Both the position numbers and the translations under genes were made by a program. A stretch of DNA of 64,000 nt from the NCBI GenBank assembly GCA_013287905.1, contig JABDCW010000003.1, positions 8,921-72,920 on the forward strand. The letters are read 5' to 3'. The first letter of the stretch is position 1, and the number at the start of each line of letters is the position of its first letter. Source of the stretch: Chlamydiota bacterium (lineage in GTDB: Bacteria > Chlamydiota > Chlamydiia > Chlamydiales > Parachlamydiaceae). Shown in pieces: positions 26,357 through 36,189 of the stretch. Under the pieces are notes generated by a model. The model had not been told where the DNA came from and did not search any database. It saw only the letters and a list, made by a program, of their open reading frames with translations.

Positions 26357-27703
26357 CTAATTACCTGATGGAAGAGCAGCCCCCCAAAGCGCACAGTTCC
26401 CAAACATCTGATCGTTCTCCTGAGATTCAAGCCAGACAGCGACAGCATGACCTGAGGGACTGACCTTAACGCGAGGGGAATGGATCAATTTCTGTGACGC
26501 AAACAGATCTTCCGCAGGGGCCCACACCCCGTTTGGAGAACGTAGCGCCGTTTGGACAGTAGAATTTTTTCCATTTGTCTTTGTCCACAGGGCAACTGCA
26601 TGGCCTGAACTATCTACAGCAACACTTAATTCATACATCTGACCATTTTCAGATAGTTGAACGGGTGTACCCCATCCCTGATCAGGCACATAGGTACTGC
26701 ACATCACGCCGCCATTTTGCCCGGCTGATTCTATCCAAAGGGCAATTGCATTGCCATTTGGGTCCATGGCTATGACCGGCCACTGTGCATCTTTGGTTCC
26801 ATCAGACAGCGACTGAGGCGATGACCAGACACCTCCATGCGGTAATCCTGAAGCTAAGACAGCATAATGCGATTTATTTTGTAGTTCAGACCACAAGACA
26901 ATGGCATTTCCTTGATTATCCGTTACTGCAGAGGGGGTAATAGCAACATTTTTAGTATTGGAAAGAACGAGATTTTGCCCCCACGTCTTTCCATCAAATG
27001 CGACTGACCCAATATCGGAATAGAGAAAACCTTCATATTTCTGCTTTTCCGATACAGCTACAGCATTTCCATTACGATCAACTGAGACTGCGGGAAAAAG
27101 AGCCGCTTCTGAGGCGGTAGAAAGGGTAACTGGCAAAGACCACCCGGTGTTTTGTTTACGCACCGATCCTTGCAAAACGATGCTGCCATAGTTCTTAACA
27201 AGGCACCATACGGCGACAGCGCCGCCCCATTCTGAGTTTACTCCAAGCGCTAATTCGTTGGCATCTTCAAATAATTGATTAGGATCATCAAAGGTAACAT
27301 TCACAATATCAGACCACTTTCCTGATAATGGCAGTGTTGCACTCTGCACCTTGTGGTTGCCTCCGTTAGAATACCTCCATATAGAAATCGTATCTCCAAA
27401 GCAATCAAATCCGACTTTCGGCATATCCGACCCCGGCTGGGAAATGGCAACAGGAGAAGACCAGCTTCCATTCGCCTGCAGTCGGGAATACTGGACAACG
27501 TATGTCTCATACTGTTCTCCTGTCCGCCACACACATGCAGCATTGCCGTTTTTGTCGACAGCAAGATCAATGTCTTCTGCAAAGCTTGGCGCAATTTGCG
27601 CTGGTTTCGACCAATTAGCAGCAGATAGTTGCGACAACGATATAAAAAAACAAGCAAATGAGGCTTTTTTGGTTACACTTAATATTTTCTTAAAACCCAA
27701 CAT
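26357..27703 (-). CDS. secreted repeat protein (beta-propeller-like, about 8 repeats of D.NGNA.A.W)
   Basis: A signal peptide is present. Recurring blocks are DKNGNAACVWR, DCFGDTISIWR, WGGAVAVWC, DRNGNAVAVSE, DNQGNAIVLWS, DPNGNAIALWI, DSSGHAVALWT and SPSGHAVAVWL. Confidence 0.7.
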   Translation of the reverse strand: MLGFKKILSVTKKASFACFFISLSQLSAANWSKPAQIAPSFAEDIDLAVDKNGNAACVWRTGEQYETYVVQYSRLQANGSWSSPVAISQPGSDMPKVGFDCFGDTISIWRYSNGGNHKVQSATLPLSGKWSDIVNVTFDDPNQLFEDANELALGVNSEWGGAVAVWCLVKNYGSIVLQGSVRKQNTGWSLPVTLSTASEAALFPAVSVDRNGNAVAVSEKQKYEGFLYSDIGSVAFDGKTWGQNLVLSNTKNVAITPSAVTDNQGNAIVLWSELQNKSHYAVLASGLPHGGVWSSPQSLSDGTKDAQWPVIAMDPNGNAIALWIESAGQNGGVMCSTYVPDQGWGTPVQLSENGQMYELSVAVDSSGHAVALWTKTNGKNSTVQTALRSPNGVWAPAEDLFASQKLIHSPRVKVSPSGHAVAVWLESQENDQMFGNCALWGAALPSGN

Positions 27704-27756
27704 TTTCCCTCCTCTTGTAAAGCAGCTTTACATATCATCTAATGATAACTCGTCAT

Positions 27757-28137
27757 CTAGTGATAACTCGACTGTATCCCGTTTCCTTCATCGCCTGGGC
27801 CGCTCGGGTAAACGGTATCGGGATAATATGGGGTCGCAGGGTAATAACCCGCAGCACCGACCCCAACTGCTCCTGCAGCCCCTACTGCACCAGCAGCAGC
27901 TCCTCGATCATAGGCTGAAGCCCGGCTAAGGGCAGGTGTTCTTTGAAGAGGTCTGTCGTATGGTCTTCCGGCTGCACCACCGGCCGGACGGCCCATACCG
28001 CCGGGACCAAAACCTCCTCCCGGCCTGCCGCCTCTTAAGACTACATCATCTGTTTCCATTGAAGAAAAACCTTGTAGTATAAATAAAAAAGACAATAGGC
28101 ACAAAGCACAAGTTACTAATGCGATATTTTTATACAT
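27757..28137 (-). CDS. secreted Gly/Ala/Pro-rich low-complexity protein
   Basis: 126 aa with the signal peptide MYKNIALVTCALCLLSFLFILQG. The ATG shares one base with the upstream stop (TAATG coupling). Confidence 0.5.
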   Translation of the reverse strand: MYKNIALVTCALCLLSFLFILQGFSSMETDDVVLRGGRPGGGFGPGGMGRPAGGAAGRPYDRPLQRTPALSRASAYDRGAAAGAVGAAGAVGVGAAGYYPATPYYPDTVYPSGPGDEGNGIQSSYH

Positions 28138-29054
28138 TATTCCTCCTTGGAAACAGTAATTGGTTCTATATTCGGCAAAGCTTTATCGCCTATTTTTCGA
28201 TCGACGGAAGAAAACTTGTAGCTTTTGCCATTAACTTTTGTATACACATTTGTCATCGTTCCTTGGGTGCCATCGCTCAAAGTATAGTTCATACGGACGC
28301 GCCAATTATTCCCTTCCTGCGACCAAAAGCCGGCTCCAAAACCACCATCGGAATCATAAATCCATGAACGTATTTTCTTTTCAACAGGATCCCATCCAAC
28401 GATTTGAATCCCTTCCATGGCCGTCACACCATAAACTTTCATATTGAATCGTTGCATGATGAAGTTCTTAAACCGGTCCCACTCCGTTTTAAAAGTGATA
28501 TCGACATTTTCATCTTTATCCTCCCAATTCCCGATCATCCACTCTAATTCTTTTAAATGGGCGTACACTTGTGGCGCAGGAGCCACTTCGATGTCCCGGA
28601 TTGAATGAATGTACCATTCTCCATTTTTTTTAACCAATTGCGCCTCTCGGGCATTTCGTTGAATAAGCGCCCCTTTGTCAAAAAGTTCAACAACTCCTTG
28701 AACAGTTGCCTGATCATCTCCGGTAAATTCAGTTTTTGAAGGCTTGAAGACAAATTTTAGGCCCCTGGTTTGAATTTCCTGCATTCTGGGCCTAAAAAAT
28801 TGAGAAATTTCTTCCCTGCCTGAGACTGCCTCTCCGGTTGCCGGGTTAGTCACCTCAGCGTCTTCGGTAAAATAGGAAACGAAATCATTTAATTTCCCCT
28901 GATTCATTGCCTGAATAATATTCTGAAGGCGATCTGAAAGCTGCTTGTCAGACGCATTTTGCTCTAATGACGACAAGTTTCCAAATAGACACAGGAAACC
29001 CAAAATTCCAATCATAATATTGAACATATATACCCTTTTTCTATGGTGTGTCAC
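28137..29054 (-). CDS. secreted protein with NTF2/SnoaL-like (DUF4440-type) domains
   Basis: An N-terminal hydrophobic signal is present. LNDFVSYFTEDAEV...GREEI..FF...ATVQGVVELF...KKNGEWYIHSIRD is typical of the SnoaL/NTF2-like fold. The second half is similar. Confidence 0.6.
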   Translation of the reverse strand: MTHHRKRVYMFNIMIGILGFLCLFGNLSSLEQNASDKQLSDRLQNIIQAMNQGKLNDFVSYFTEDAEVTNPATGEAVSGREEISQFFRPRMQEIQTRGLKFVFKPSKTEFTGDDQATVQGVVELFDKGALIQRNAREAQLVKKNGEWYIHSIRDIEVAPAPQVYAHLKELEWMIGNWEDKDENVDITFKTEWDRFKNFIMQRFNMKVYGVTAMEGIQIVGWDPVEKKIRSWIYDSDGGFGAGFWSQEGNNWRVRMNYTLSDGTQGTMTNVYTKVNGKSYKFSSVDRKIGDKALPNIEPITVSKEE

Positions 29055-29132
29055 ATCAACAGCATCATTTCTTAAAAAATTGATTATGTCAATAATTTTA
29101 AAATATAAAATTGACTCCTATATAGGTGTTAT

Positions 29133-29610
29133 GGACAATGGACAACATGAGACAATTGCAGAAGTCTTTGGATTAAAAACAACCGATAATAATTCAACGC
29201 AAAGGCGCAAAGACGCAAAGATAATAAACAGCTTTCAAGGATATACGTCACAGACATGATCAACGATTATAACGATATAACGATAAAAACGATAAAGACT
29301 CTGTATAAGGAAATTTATAGCTTGATTTGACCCATTCACTTTTATCGGGTGACCCGATAAAAGTGAGACGCTTTAAGCCGCTACTTGAAAGGCGAGCTAA
29401 GGAGATTTAAAGCGCTCTGAAATCGCCTTTTAAGTAGCGGCTTAATTTGAGATACGTTAGAAGCCAATTCTTGAACTTGTTTTTATCTTTGCGTCTTTGC
29501 GCCTTTGCGTTGAATATTTTGCTAGCCCTGAATAATCTAAGACTTTTGCAATTGTCTCACATGGACAACATGAGACAATTGCAGAAGTCTTATAAACTGT
29601 CTTAGATTAC
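29133..29610. repeat. three-level nested repeat pile upstream of sdhC
   Basis: The outer arm ggacaatggacaacatgagacaattgcagaagtct (29133-29167) pairs with gacttttgcaattgtctca (29541-29559). Inside it lies the CGCAAAGG-arm element at 29193-29514. That element holds an AACGAT half-arm (29257-29298) and the double-hairpin core (29336-29442). There is an extra local hairpin at 29541-29590. Confidence 0.85.
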
Positions 29611-29625
29611 TGAAGGCAAAGAAAT

Positions 29626-29704
29626 ATTAAACACAAAGGCACAAAGACACTAAGGATTGAATTCTCTCTTTGTGCCTTTGAGCCTTCGTGCCTTTGTGTT
29701 TAAT
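29626..29704. repeat. hairpin repeat, CACAAAGG-unit family (variant)
   Basis: attaaacacaaaggcacaaagacac ... gccttcgtgcctttgtgtttaat, 30 nt upstream of the sdhC ATG. Confidence 0.85.
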
Positions 29705-29734
29705 TTGTTTGAATTTTAAATAGGTTCTTATTAG

Positions 29735-30559
29735 ATGACTACTTCCCAAAACATTACCCGAATGACTTCCAAAGATTTTTTATGGCACCGTCTCCACTCT
29801 CTATCGGGGATTTGGCTCGTCGTTTACTTATGTGTCCATTTATTTACGAATTCGCAGGCGGCCTTAACACCTGACGGATTTATCCGTTCGGTCAACTCTA
29901 TACACGAGATTCCATTTTTACCTGCGGTCGAGGTTGCAGTGCTGGCCATTCCCATCCTGATTCATCTGATCTGGGGAATCAAATATTCAAAAGCAAAATT
30001 TAATTCTTTTGGCAACACTGGCAAGGCACCATATCTTCCTCAATATCCCGTCAACCATGCTTTCACCTGGCAAAGGATCACGGCATGGTTTTTGATCCTT
30101 GGTATATTTGCCCATGTTGTCCATATGCGTTTTTTGCAATATCCCTTATCGACGCAAACTGACAATAAGCCTTTATACGCTGTACAAGTCACTCCTGACG
30201 AAAAATTAAATGATCTGGCCTCAAAACATGGCATCGAAATTTTAACACCCGTAGAAGCTAAAAAAATCTTTAAAGAGAAATTGAGCGGTACGGGACAGCC
30301 AATTGCCGTCGCCGACAACTTTGGCTCCGTTGAATTATTCATGCTGCGGGAAACATTTAAGTCGCCCTTCATGCTCGCATTTTATACTTTGCTTGTATTG
30401 ACTGCTTGTTTTCATGCGTTTAATGGGCTATGGACAGCTATGATTACCTGGGGAATCACTTTATCCATACGCTCCCAACAAATGATGCGCTATTTTTCAA
30501 ACGCTCTCATGTGCATTGTGGCGATACTAGGACTATGTGCCATTTGGTTTACTGTATAG
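29735..30559 (+). CDS. sdhC: succinate dehydrogenase cytochrome b subunit (B-type, 5-TM)
   Basis: 274 aa. FLWHRLHSLSGIWLVVYLCVHLFTNS and several further TM helices carry conserved His residues. The gene lies upstream of sdhA and sdhB. Confidence 0.8.
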   Translation: MTTSQNITRMTSKDFLWHRLHSLSGIWLVVYLCVHLFTNSQAALTPDGFIRSVNSIHEIPFLPAVEVAVLAIPILIHLIWGIKYSKAKFNSFGNTGKAPYLPQYPVNHAFTWQRITAWFLILGIFAHVVHMRFLQYPLSTQTDNKPLYAVQVTPDEKLNDLASKHGIEILTPVEAKKIFKEKLSGTGQPIAVADNFGSVELFMLRETFKSPFMLAFYTLLVLTACFHAFNGLWTAMITWGITLSIRSQQMMRYFSNALMCIVAILGLCAIWFTV

Positions 30560-31002
30560 GGAGTGTTTCCAAAAGTATTTGGATAGGCCGGATTTATTTT
30601 TTCAAGGGTATAATTTCCCTTAAGAGCAGGGTTATAACTAACCGTATAAGACCTATTTTCCGCTGGAGGAGATAAATCGCTAATGAATACGAATACATCG
30701 AAAATTGTCTTTATAGAAGATTTATCATCCTTTAGGTTTAGCCTAAATCCCCGAGAACACTTGCGATGAAAATTATTGGTATTTGCTTGTTTGGTGGGAT
30801 CGGCAACACAGAGCGACAGGATGTTTTTGAGCATTTTTAAAGCAGCTATATTAATACTTTCGACATATGCCTGGGCGCTTCTCGCGTTATCAAATTCGAA
30901 CATGATTGTCCTGGCATCGTCTACAATGTGAACTTTAGTCAAGCCGTTAATCTGGAAAGTGTGTTCTTTCCAATTAGTCTGGAAAACGGGTATTTGCAAC
31001 AT
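30490..31002 (-). CDS. hypothetical protein on the opposite strand between sdhC and sdhA (weak)
   Basis: 170-aa ORF that fills most of the 620-bp sdhC-sdhA gap. Its 3' end overlaps sdhC by 70 nt. No motif recognised. Confidence 0.3.
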   Translation of the reverse strand: MLQIPVFQTNWKEHTFQINGLTKVHIVDDARTIMFEFDNARSAQAYVESINIAALKMLKNILSLCVADPTKQANTNNFHRKCSRGFRLNLKDDKSSIKTIFDVFVFISDLSPPAENRSYTVSYNPALKGNYTLEKINPAYPNTFGNTPYTVNQMAHSPSIATMHMRAFEK

Positions 31003-31178
31003 GATCTTCCTCTACTTTTATACCGGAACAAATGAATTTATACCATACCAGTTAAATATTCTACAATGTTCCAATGCGATCCGGTATAAATTCAAGTTAT
31101 TTTTTCATTGGCTGAGACATGCCTTTTCAGATAATATTAAAACAATATGACCAATCATCAGTTACCGGGTAAATCCTA

Positions 31179-33074
31179 ATGAGTGAAAAAAATAAAAAAG
31201 CGATCGTTGTCGGCGGAGGATTAGCCGGACTTTCGGCAGCGATGAAACTTGCCGAAAACGACTGCCGCGTGCAAATTATTTCCGTCACTAAAGTCAGACG
31301 ATCCCACTCAGTATGCGCGCAAGGGGGTATTAATGCGGCAATCAATTTAAAGGGGGAAGATGATTCTCCGATTATCCATGCTTACGACACAATCAAGGGG
31401 GGCGACTTTCTGGCAAATCAACCTCCTGTCCTGGAAATGTGCCTGGCAGCTCCTGCAATCATTTATATGATGGACCGCTTCGGATGCCCATTTAATCGCA
31501 CTCCAGAGGGAAATCTCGATTTTCGCAGATTTGGAGGCACATTATACAATCGGACAGCCTTTTGCGGGGCATCTACAGGACAGCAGCTCCTTTATTCCCT
31601 GGATGAACAAGTCCGCCGCTATGAAGTGAAAGGAATGGTGGAAAAGTTTGAAAATCATGAGTTTTTGCGCCTGGTCCTTGACGAACAGGGTATTGCGAGA
31701 GGAGTCGTCATCATGGACCTCTTTAACTTAAAATTAGACGTTCTTAAAGCCGATACCGTTGTCATAGCTACGGGAGGCTGCGGGCTGATCTTTAAAAAAT
31801 CGACCAATTCGACTTTCTGCACAGGTGCCGCAAATGGCAGGTTATACCGGCAGGGAATGAAATACGCGAACGGGGAATTTATTCAGATCCATCCGACAGC
31901 AATTCCTGGAAACGATAAGATGCGCCTCATGTCCGAATCGATCCGCGGCGAAGGGGGGCGCATCTGGGTTTATGGCGATTCCACAAAGACTATTCTTACC
32001 GCAGATGGACGAACAATCCCCTGCGGTGTTACCGGTCAGCCCTGGTATTTTCTGGAAGAGATGTACCCGGCCTTTGGAAATTTAGTGCCTCGCGATATCG
32101 GCTCAAGAGAGCTTTTGCGCATTTGCGATTTAGGATTAGGGGTCGATGGAGAAATGCAGGTTTATTTAGATGTCTCCCATCTTCCGGAAGAAAAGAAAAA
32201 GAAGTTAGCGTCTGTTTTGGATATTTATAAAAAATTTACCGGCGAGGATCCTGCCAAATTGCCCATGCGCATTTTTCCGGCTGTTCACTATACCATGGGG
32301 GGCGGATGGGTGGATTGGCCTGCGGCAGATGATCCTGACCGCTGGTCAAGATACCGGCAAATGACGAATATCCCCGGTTGTTTTAATGTCGGGGAATCCG
32401 ATTATCAATATCATGGCGCAAATCGTTTAGGGGCCAATTCCCTGCTGTCTTGCATTTTTGCAGGGTTGATTGCGGGTCAGGAAGTCCCAAGATACCTCGA
32501 TTCTCTCTCCACTCATTGCACACAAATTCCAGATAATATCTTCTCATACGCAATACAAGAGGAATTACAGCTTCAGAAAAAATTGTTGGCCGGCAATGGC
32601 AAGGAAAATATCTATTGTTTACATGATGAACTTGCCGATTGGATGGTCAAATATGTCACTGTGCACAGAGATAACCGGACTCTTGAAGAAACTTTAGATA
32701 AAATCCAAACACTTAAAGAAAGGTATCAAAACATCTCACTGGACGATCATTCCCGATTTGCCAACCAGTCTCTTGCCTTTGCCATGCAATTTGGTCCCAT
32801 GTTAGATATTGCCGAAATCATTACGATGGGAGCCCTTGCACGCAACGAATCAAGGGGATCCCACTTTAAATCCGAATACCCGCAAAGACTCGATGAATGG
32901 CAGGTCACGACAATTGCAACCTATGATACGCAAACAGGGCGCCCGAAACTCAGCTATGAACCTGTCGATACCCGGCATCTCGATCCGGTATTAAGGGATT
33001 ACCAGCATGCGCATAAAGTGAAACCTGCATTAAAAAATATTCCTGGGGACATTGAGAGCTTGTTTAATCATTGA
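31179..33074 (+). CDS. sdhA: succinate dehydrogenase / fumarate reductase flavoprotein subunit
   Basis: The FAD motif is VVGGGLAGLSAA. The covalent-FAD His context is RSHSVCAQGGINAA. HPT, RGEGG and HYTMGG are also present. Confidence 0.95.
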   Translation: MSEKNKKAIVVGGGLAGLSAAMKLAENDCRVQIISVTKVRRSHSVCAQGGINAAINLKGEDDSPIIHAYDTIKGGDFLANQPPVLEMCLAAPAIIYMMDRFGCPFNRTPEGNLDFRRFGGTLYNRTAFCGASTGQQLLYSLDEQVRRYEVKGMVEKFENHEFLRLVLDEQGIARGVVIMDLFNLKLDVLKADTVVIATGGCGLIFKKSTNSTFCTGAANGRLYRQGMKYANGEFIQIHPTAIPGNDKMRLMSESIRGEGGRIWVYGDSTKTILTADGRTIPCGVTGQPWYFLEEMYPAFGNLVPRDIGSRELLRICDLGLGVDGEMQVYLDVSHLPEEKKKKLASVLDIYKKFTGEDPAKLPMRIFPAVHYTMGGGWVDWPAADDPDRWSRYRQMTNIPGCFNVGESDYQYHGANRLGANSLLSCIFAGLIAGQEVPRYLDSLSTHCTQIPDNIFSYAIQEELQLQKKLLAGNGKENIYCLHDELADWMVKYVTVHRDNRTLEETLDKIQTLKERYQNISLDDHSRFANQSLAFAMQFGPMLDIAEIITMGALARNESRGSHFKSEYPQRLDEWQVTTIATYDTQTGRPKLSYEPVDTRHLDPVLRDYQHAHKVKPALKNIPGDIESLFNH

Positions 33075-33092
33075 AAGCTCGAGGAGGCTATA

Positions 33093-33857
33093 TTGAATAC
33101 CTTTATCCTTAAAATTTTCCGGGGAACGCCCGGTAATCAATATTGGGAAGAATTCATCCTTGAAAAGCAGCCTGGTTTGAATGTCATCGCATGCTTAATG
33201 GAGATTCAAAAAAATCCGGTCAACCGGGAAAAGAAACGGGTTGCGCCGGTCGTATGGGAGCAAGGGTGCCTGGAGGAGGTGTGCGGATCGTGTTCGATGC
33301 TCATTAATGGTTTTCCGAGGCAGGCATGTACGGCTCTTATTGAAAACCTCCTGAAAGCAACGAACGGAAATGAAATTACATTAGCCCCCTTTTCGAAATT
33401 TCCCCTTGTGCGCGATTTGATCGTCGACCGTTCAATCATGTTTGACAATCTGAAAAAAGCCCATGCATGGGTCGATGTCGATGGACCGTTTGATTTAGGG
33501 CCTGGACCTAAGATCAGCCCCGAAAAACAAGAGGTCATGTACTCGATTTCAAAATGCATGACATGCGGATGCTGCGTGGAAGCCTGTCCTCAAAGCTATC
33601 AGGGTTCAAAATTCGTTGGGCCGTTCATTTTTGCACAGGTCCGTTTTTTTAACGATAATCCAACGGGTAAAATGAAGCAGGATGTACGCCTAAATGCCAT
33701 GATGGAAGAAGGGGGGGTCACAGGTTGTGGTAAAGCGCAAAACTGCCAAAAGGTGTGCCCCAAGGAAGTTCCTTTGGTCGAATCAATTGCAGCTCTGGGA
33801 CGGGATGTATCCGTGCAAGCCGTTAAAAATCTATTTAGTCTGCCAGACCGGGATTAA
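33093..33857 (+). CDS. sdhB: succinate dehydrogenase iron-sulfur subunit
   Basis: TTG start with a GAGGAGG RBS. The Cys clusters are CLEEVCGSCSM, CMTCGCCVEACP and CGKAQNCQKVCP. Confidence 0.9.
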   Translation: MNTFILKIFRGTPGNQYWEEFILEKQPGLNVIACLMEIQKNPVNREKKRVAPVVWEQGCLEEVCGSCSMLINGFPRQACTALIENLLKATNGNEITLAPFSKFPLVRDLIVDRSIMFDNLKKAHAWVDVDGPFDLGPGPKISPEKQEVMYSISKCMTCGCCVEACPQSYQGSKFVGPFIFAQVRFFNDNPTGKMKQDVRLNAMMEEGGVTGCGKAQNCQKVCPKEVPLVESIAALGRDVSVQAVKNLFSLPDRD

Positions 33858-33860
33858 GCA

Positions 33861-35093
33861 GTGAAAAAAAGCAGTATAGAAATCATTTCGATCGGCACTG
33901 AACTATTAAAGGGGCGGATCGTCAATACGAATGGCGCTGAAATCAGCCGTACATTAATGATGAATGGATTTCCAACGAGCCGCCACACTGTTGTTTCCGA
34001 TGAGCCTGCGCAATTGAAAGCGGCTTTTATCGAAAGCATGAAACGAAGCCAAGTCGTCATTACAACCGGAGGACTTGGGCCCACGTGCGATGATCTGACA
34101 AGACCAATTGCAGCAGCCCTCTTTGATTCCGATTTTTATCTGGATGAAACAATTTTAAAAGATTTACAGAAACGGTATGGCCCAAACGTCATCAGCCTGG
34201 AAGATCAGGCAACGCAGCCTAAAAATGCGATCATCCTCAAAAATGACTTGGGAACAGCGCCGGGATTAATTTTTCATAACGAAAAAAACACCCTGATCCT
34301 AATGCCTGGGGTATCGAAAGAAATGCGGGCAATCTTGCAATCCCAAGTCATTCCTTACCTCCTCAAGAATTTTACTCAAGAACATTACGACAGGCGTCAT
34401 TTGCATTTTTTTAACCTTAGCGAGACCCTGATCGACCCTTCTATGCGCGAATTGCAAAGGCAATTTCCCGGCATTGAATTTGGCATTTATCCCTCGCATG
34501 GGATTGTTTCTGTTGAGGCAATGGTAAGAGGTAAAAATAAAGACCTGTCCGAACAACTATCCGAGGCTTGTCAGAGCCTTAAAACTCGTTTTATAGATCA
34601 TTATTTTGAATCCGAGAATGGAAAAATAGAGGAAGAGATCCATCGAATTTTTATAGAAAACCACTTGACACTTAGCCTTGCCGAATCGTGTACCGGAGGA
34701 AGCATCGCTTCGAGGCTGACGCAAAAAGCCGGCGCATCGGCATTTTTTCTGGGGAGTCTGGTTTGCTATTCCAATGAGATGAAACATGAGATCTTGAGAG
34801 TGCCGAAAGATATTTTATCGCAATATGGGGCTGTCAGCGAACAAACGGTCTTATCTATGGTAACAGGCCTTCTTAAAGTCACGCAAAGCGATTTTGGATT
34901 AGCCGTTTCCGGCGTTGCAGGCCCGACAGGAGGAACTGAAAGAACTCCCGTAGGAACAGTTTGGGTTGGGGTTGGGAAGAAAGGTGCAAAGCCTTTTGCC
35001 AAGTGCCTGCATGCCACCGGCAATAGGGAGATGGTGATCGAGTACACTGTGAACTGTGCGCTTGGGATATTGCGAAATGCGGTTTTAGGGTAA
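33861..35093 (+). CDS. cinA: CinA-family protein (MoCF-like domain + nicotinamide-nucleotide amidase domain)
   Basis: IISIGTELLKGRIVNTNG, TTGGLGPTCDD and C-terminal LAESCTGGSIAS...GVAGPTGG. GTG start 3 nt after the sdhB stop. Confidence 0.9.
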   Translation: MKKSSIEIISIGTELLKGRIVNTNGAEISRTLMMNGFPTSRHTVVSDEPAQLKAAFIESMKRSQVVITTGGLGPTCDDLTRPIAAALFDSDFYLDETILKDLQKRYGPNVISLEDQATQPKNAIILKNDLGTAPGLIFHNEKNTLILMPGVSKEMRAILQSQVIPYLLKNFTQEHYDRRHLHFFNLSETLIDPSMRELQRQFPGIEFGIYPSHGIVSVEAMVRGKNKDLSEQLSEACQSLKTRFIDHYFESENGKIEEEIHRIFIENHLTLSLAESCTGGSIASRLTQKAGASAFFLGSLVCYSNEMKHEILRVPKDILSQYGAVSEQTVLSMVTGLLKVTQSDFGLAVSGVAGPTGGTERTPVGTVWVGVGKKGAKPFAKCLHATGNREMVIEYTVNCALGILRNAVLG

Positions 35094-35248
35094 GCGTCAA
35101 TTCGAAGGCCTTATTGCATAATTATATTTAGTATTATCTATTTGATTATTAATAATTTAACCGCAGAGATCGCAGAGCACGCAGAGAGGGAATAACCGCA
35201 GCAGGAACCAAGGGTAACATTTATCCATAAATATCGAGAAAAGCATGC

Positions 35249-35563
35249 CTATAGCAAACGCTCTTGCTGGCAGCTTTCCGCCCAATCCCGAAAAATTTGG
35301 AGTACTTCTGGTAAATTGATTGGGCCACATCGTCCTTCAAATTTATTATTTTCAATAAAACAAATAAGCCAGTTGTGATCGGAACACTCTTTTTCAATTT
35401 TTTGAAAATTCAGATCTTGCAATTCAGTATCTTCTAAATTAATACTAATGGACCAACCAGGATTATCCATTGAATCTACATGTATACCTTGTCCATGCTC
35501 CCAATCACCATTACAATGATCATAATACCATTTTAGCAACCATAAAAAAACATTTTCATTCAT
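35249..35563 (-). CDS. Imm53-like immunity protein (copy 2)
   Basis: MNENVFLWLLKWYYDHCNGDWEHGQGIHVDSMDNPGWSISINLEDTEL...IFRDWAE parallels copy 1. I prefer the ATG at 35563 over 35596. Confidence 0.75.
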   Translation of the reverse strand: MNENVFLWLLKWYYDHCNGDWEHGQGIHVDSMDNPGWSISINLEDTELQDLNFQKIEKECSDHNWLICFIENNKFEGRCGPINLPEVLQIFRDWAESCQQERLL

Positions 35564-35577
35564 AGATAGTATTCCAA

Positions 35578-35870
35578 TTAATCTGGTATTTCCCATAATT
35601 GAGGAGGTCTAATGCCACCTTTGAGGATGTTCACGTGGTAGCATCGTTATATATCAGGCCTTCAGCCTGAAGGCCTGAGTTATAGTGAATAGACCTGGTG
35701 AACATGTACTAATATATGGTTGTTGACGTAAGGGAGTTTTGCTTTGGGTTTAAAGGCTTCTAAATGAACATGGGGTCTCCAAGAATCATATTTGCCAAGC
35801 AACGAATTTCTCTAATGATCATGACATTCATACCATCAACGTGATTGTCTCCGGTTTCATGTTAGAAGGC
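35578..35870 (-). pseudogene. decayed orphan toxin tip (same family as 36190-36729)
   Basis: The end reads HVNILKGGIRPPQLWEIPD*, compared with MHDPLCAGGIRPPQLWEIPR*. Upstream, HLEAFKPKAKLP compares with HYETFKPQSNFK. The fragment is interrupted by stops, frameshifts and a small hairpin (caggccttcagcctgaaggcctg). Confidence 0.6.
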
Positions 35871-35874
35871 TTGC

Positions 35875-36186
35875 TTATGGCAAACGGTCTTTTTGGCATC
35901 TTTCCGCCCAGTCTCTAAAAATTTGCAGAACTTTATCAAGATTACAGCAACCACATGATGCTTCAAATGCATTGTTCCTCAGCAAACAAAAGTACCAATT
36001 CATTTCATCAATTTCAAATTGAACAGAAGAAAAAGGGACCCCCTCGCATTCGGTTCCTTGTAAATTTATTACTACATACCAACCAGGATTATCTACTGTC
36101 TCAATTTTAATACCATATTCATGTTCCCAATCTCCATCACATTGTGACTTATACCATTTCTGTAACCACTCAAAATTATTTTCCAT
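35875..36186 (-). CDS. Imm53-like immunity protein (copy 1)
   Basis: MENNFEWLQKWYKSQCDGDWEHEYGIKIETVDNPGWYVVINLQGTE...IFRDWAE is the Imm53 pattern as I recall it. It starts 3 nt after the orphan toxin stop. Confidence 0.8.
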   Translation of the reverse strand: MENNFEWLQKWYKSQCDGDWEHEYGIKIETVDNPGWYVVINLQGTECEGVPFSSVQFEIDEMNWYFCLLRNNAFEASCGCCNLDKVLQIFRDWAERCQKDRLP

Positions 36187-36189
36187 TTT

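Noticed and set aside
27351-27929. 192-aa plus-strand ORF
   Set aside because: It is antisense to, and spans the junction of, two minus-strand genes with signal peptides and repeat structure. It has no start context.
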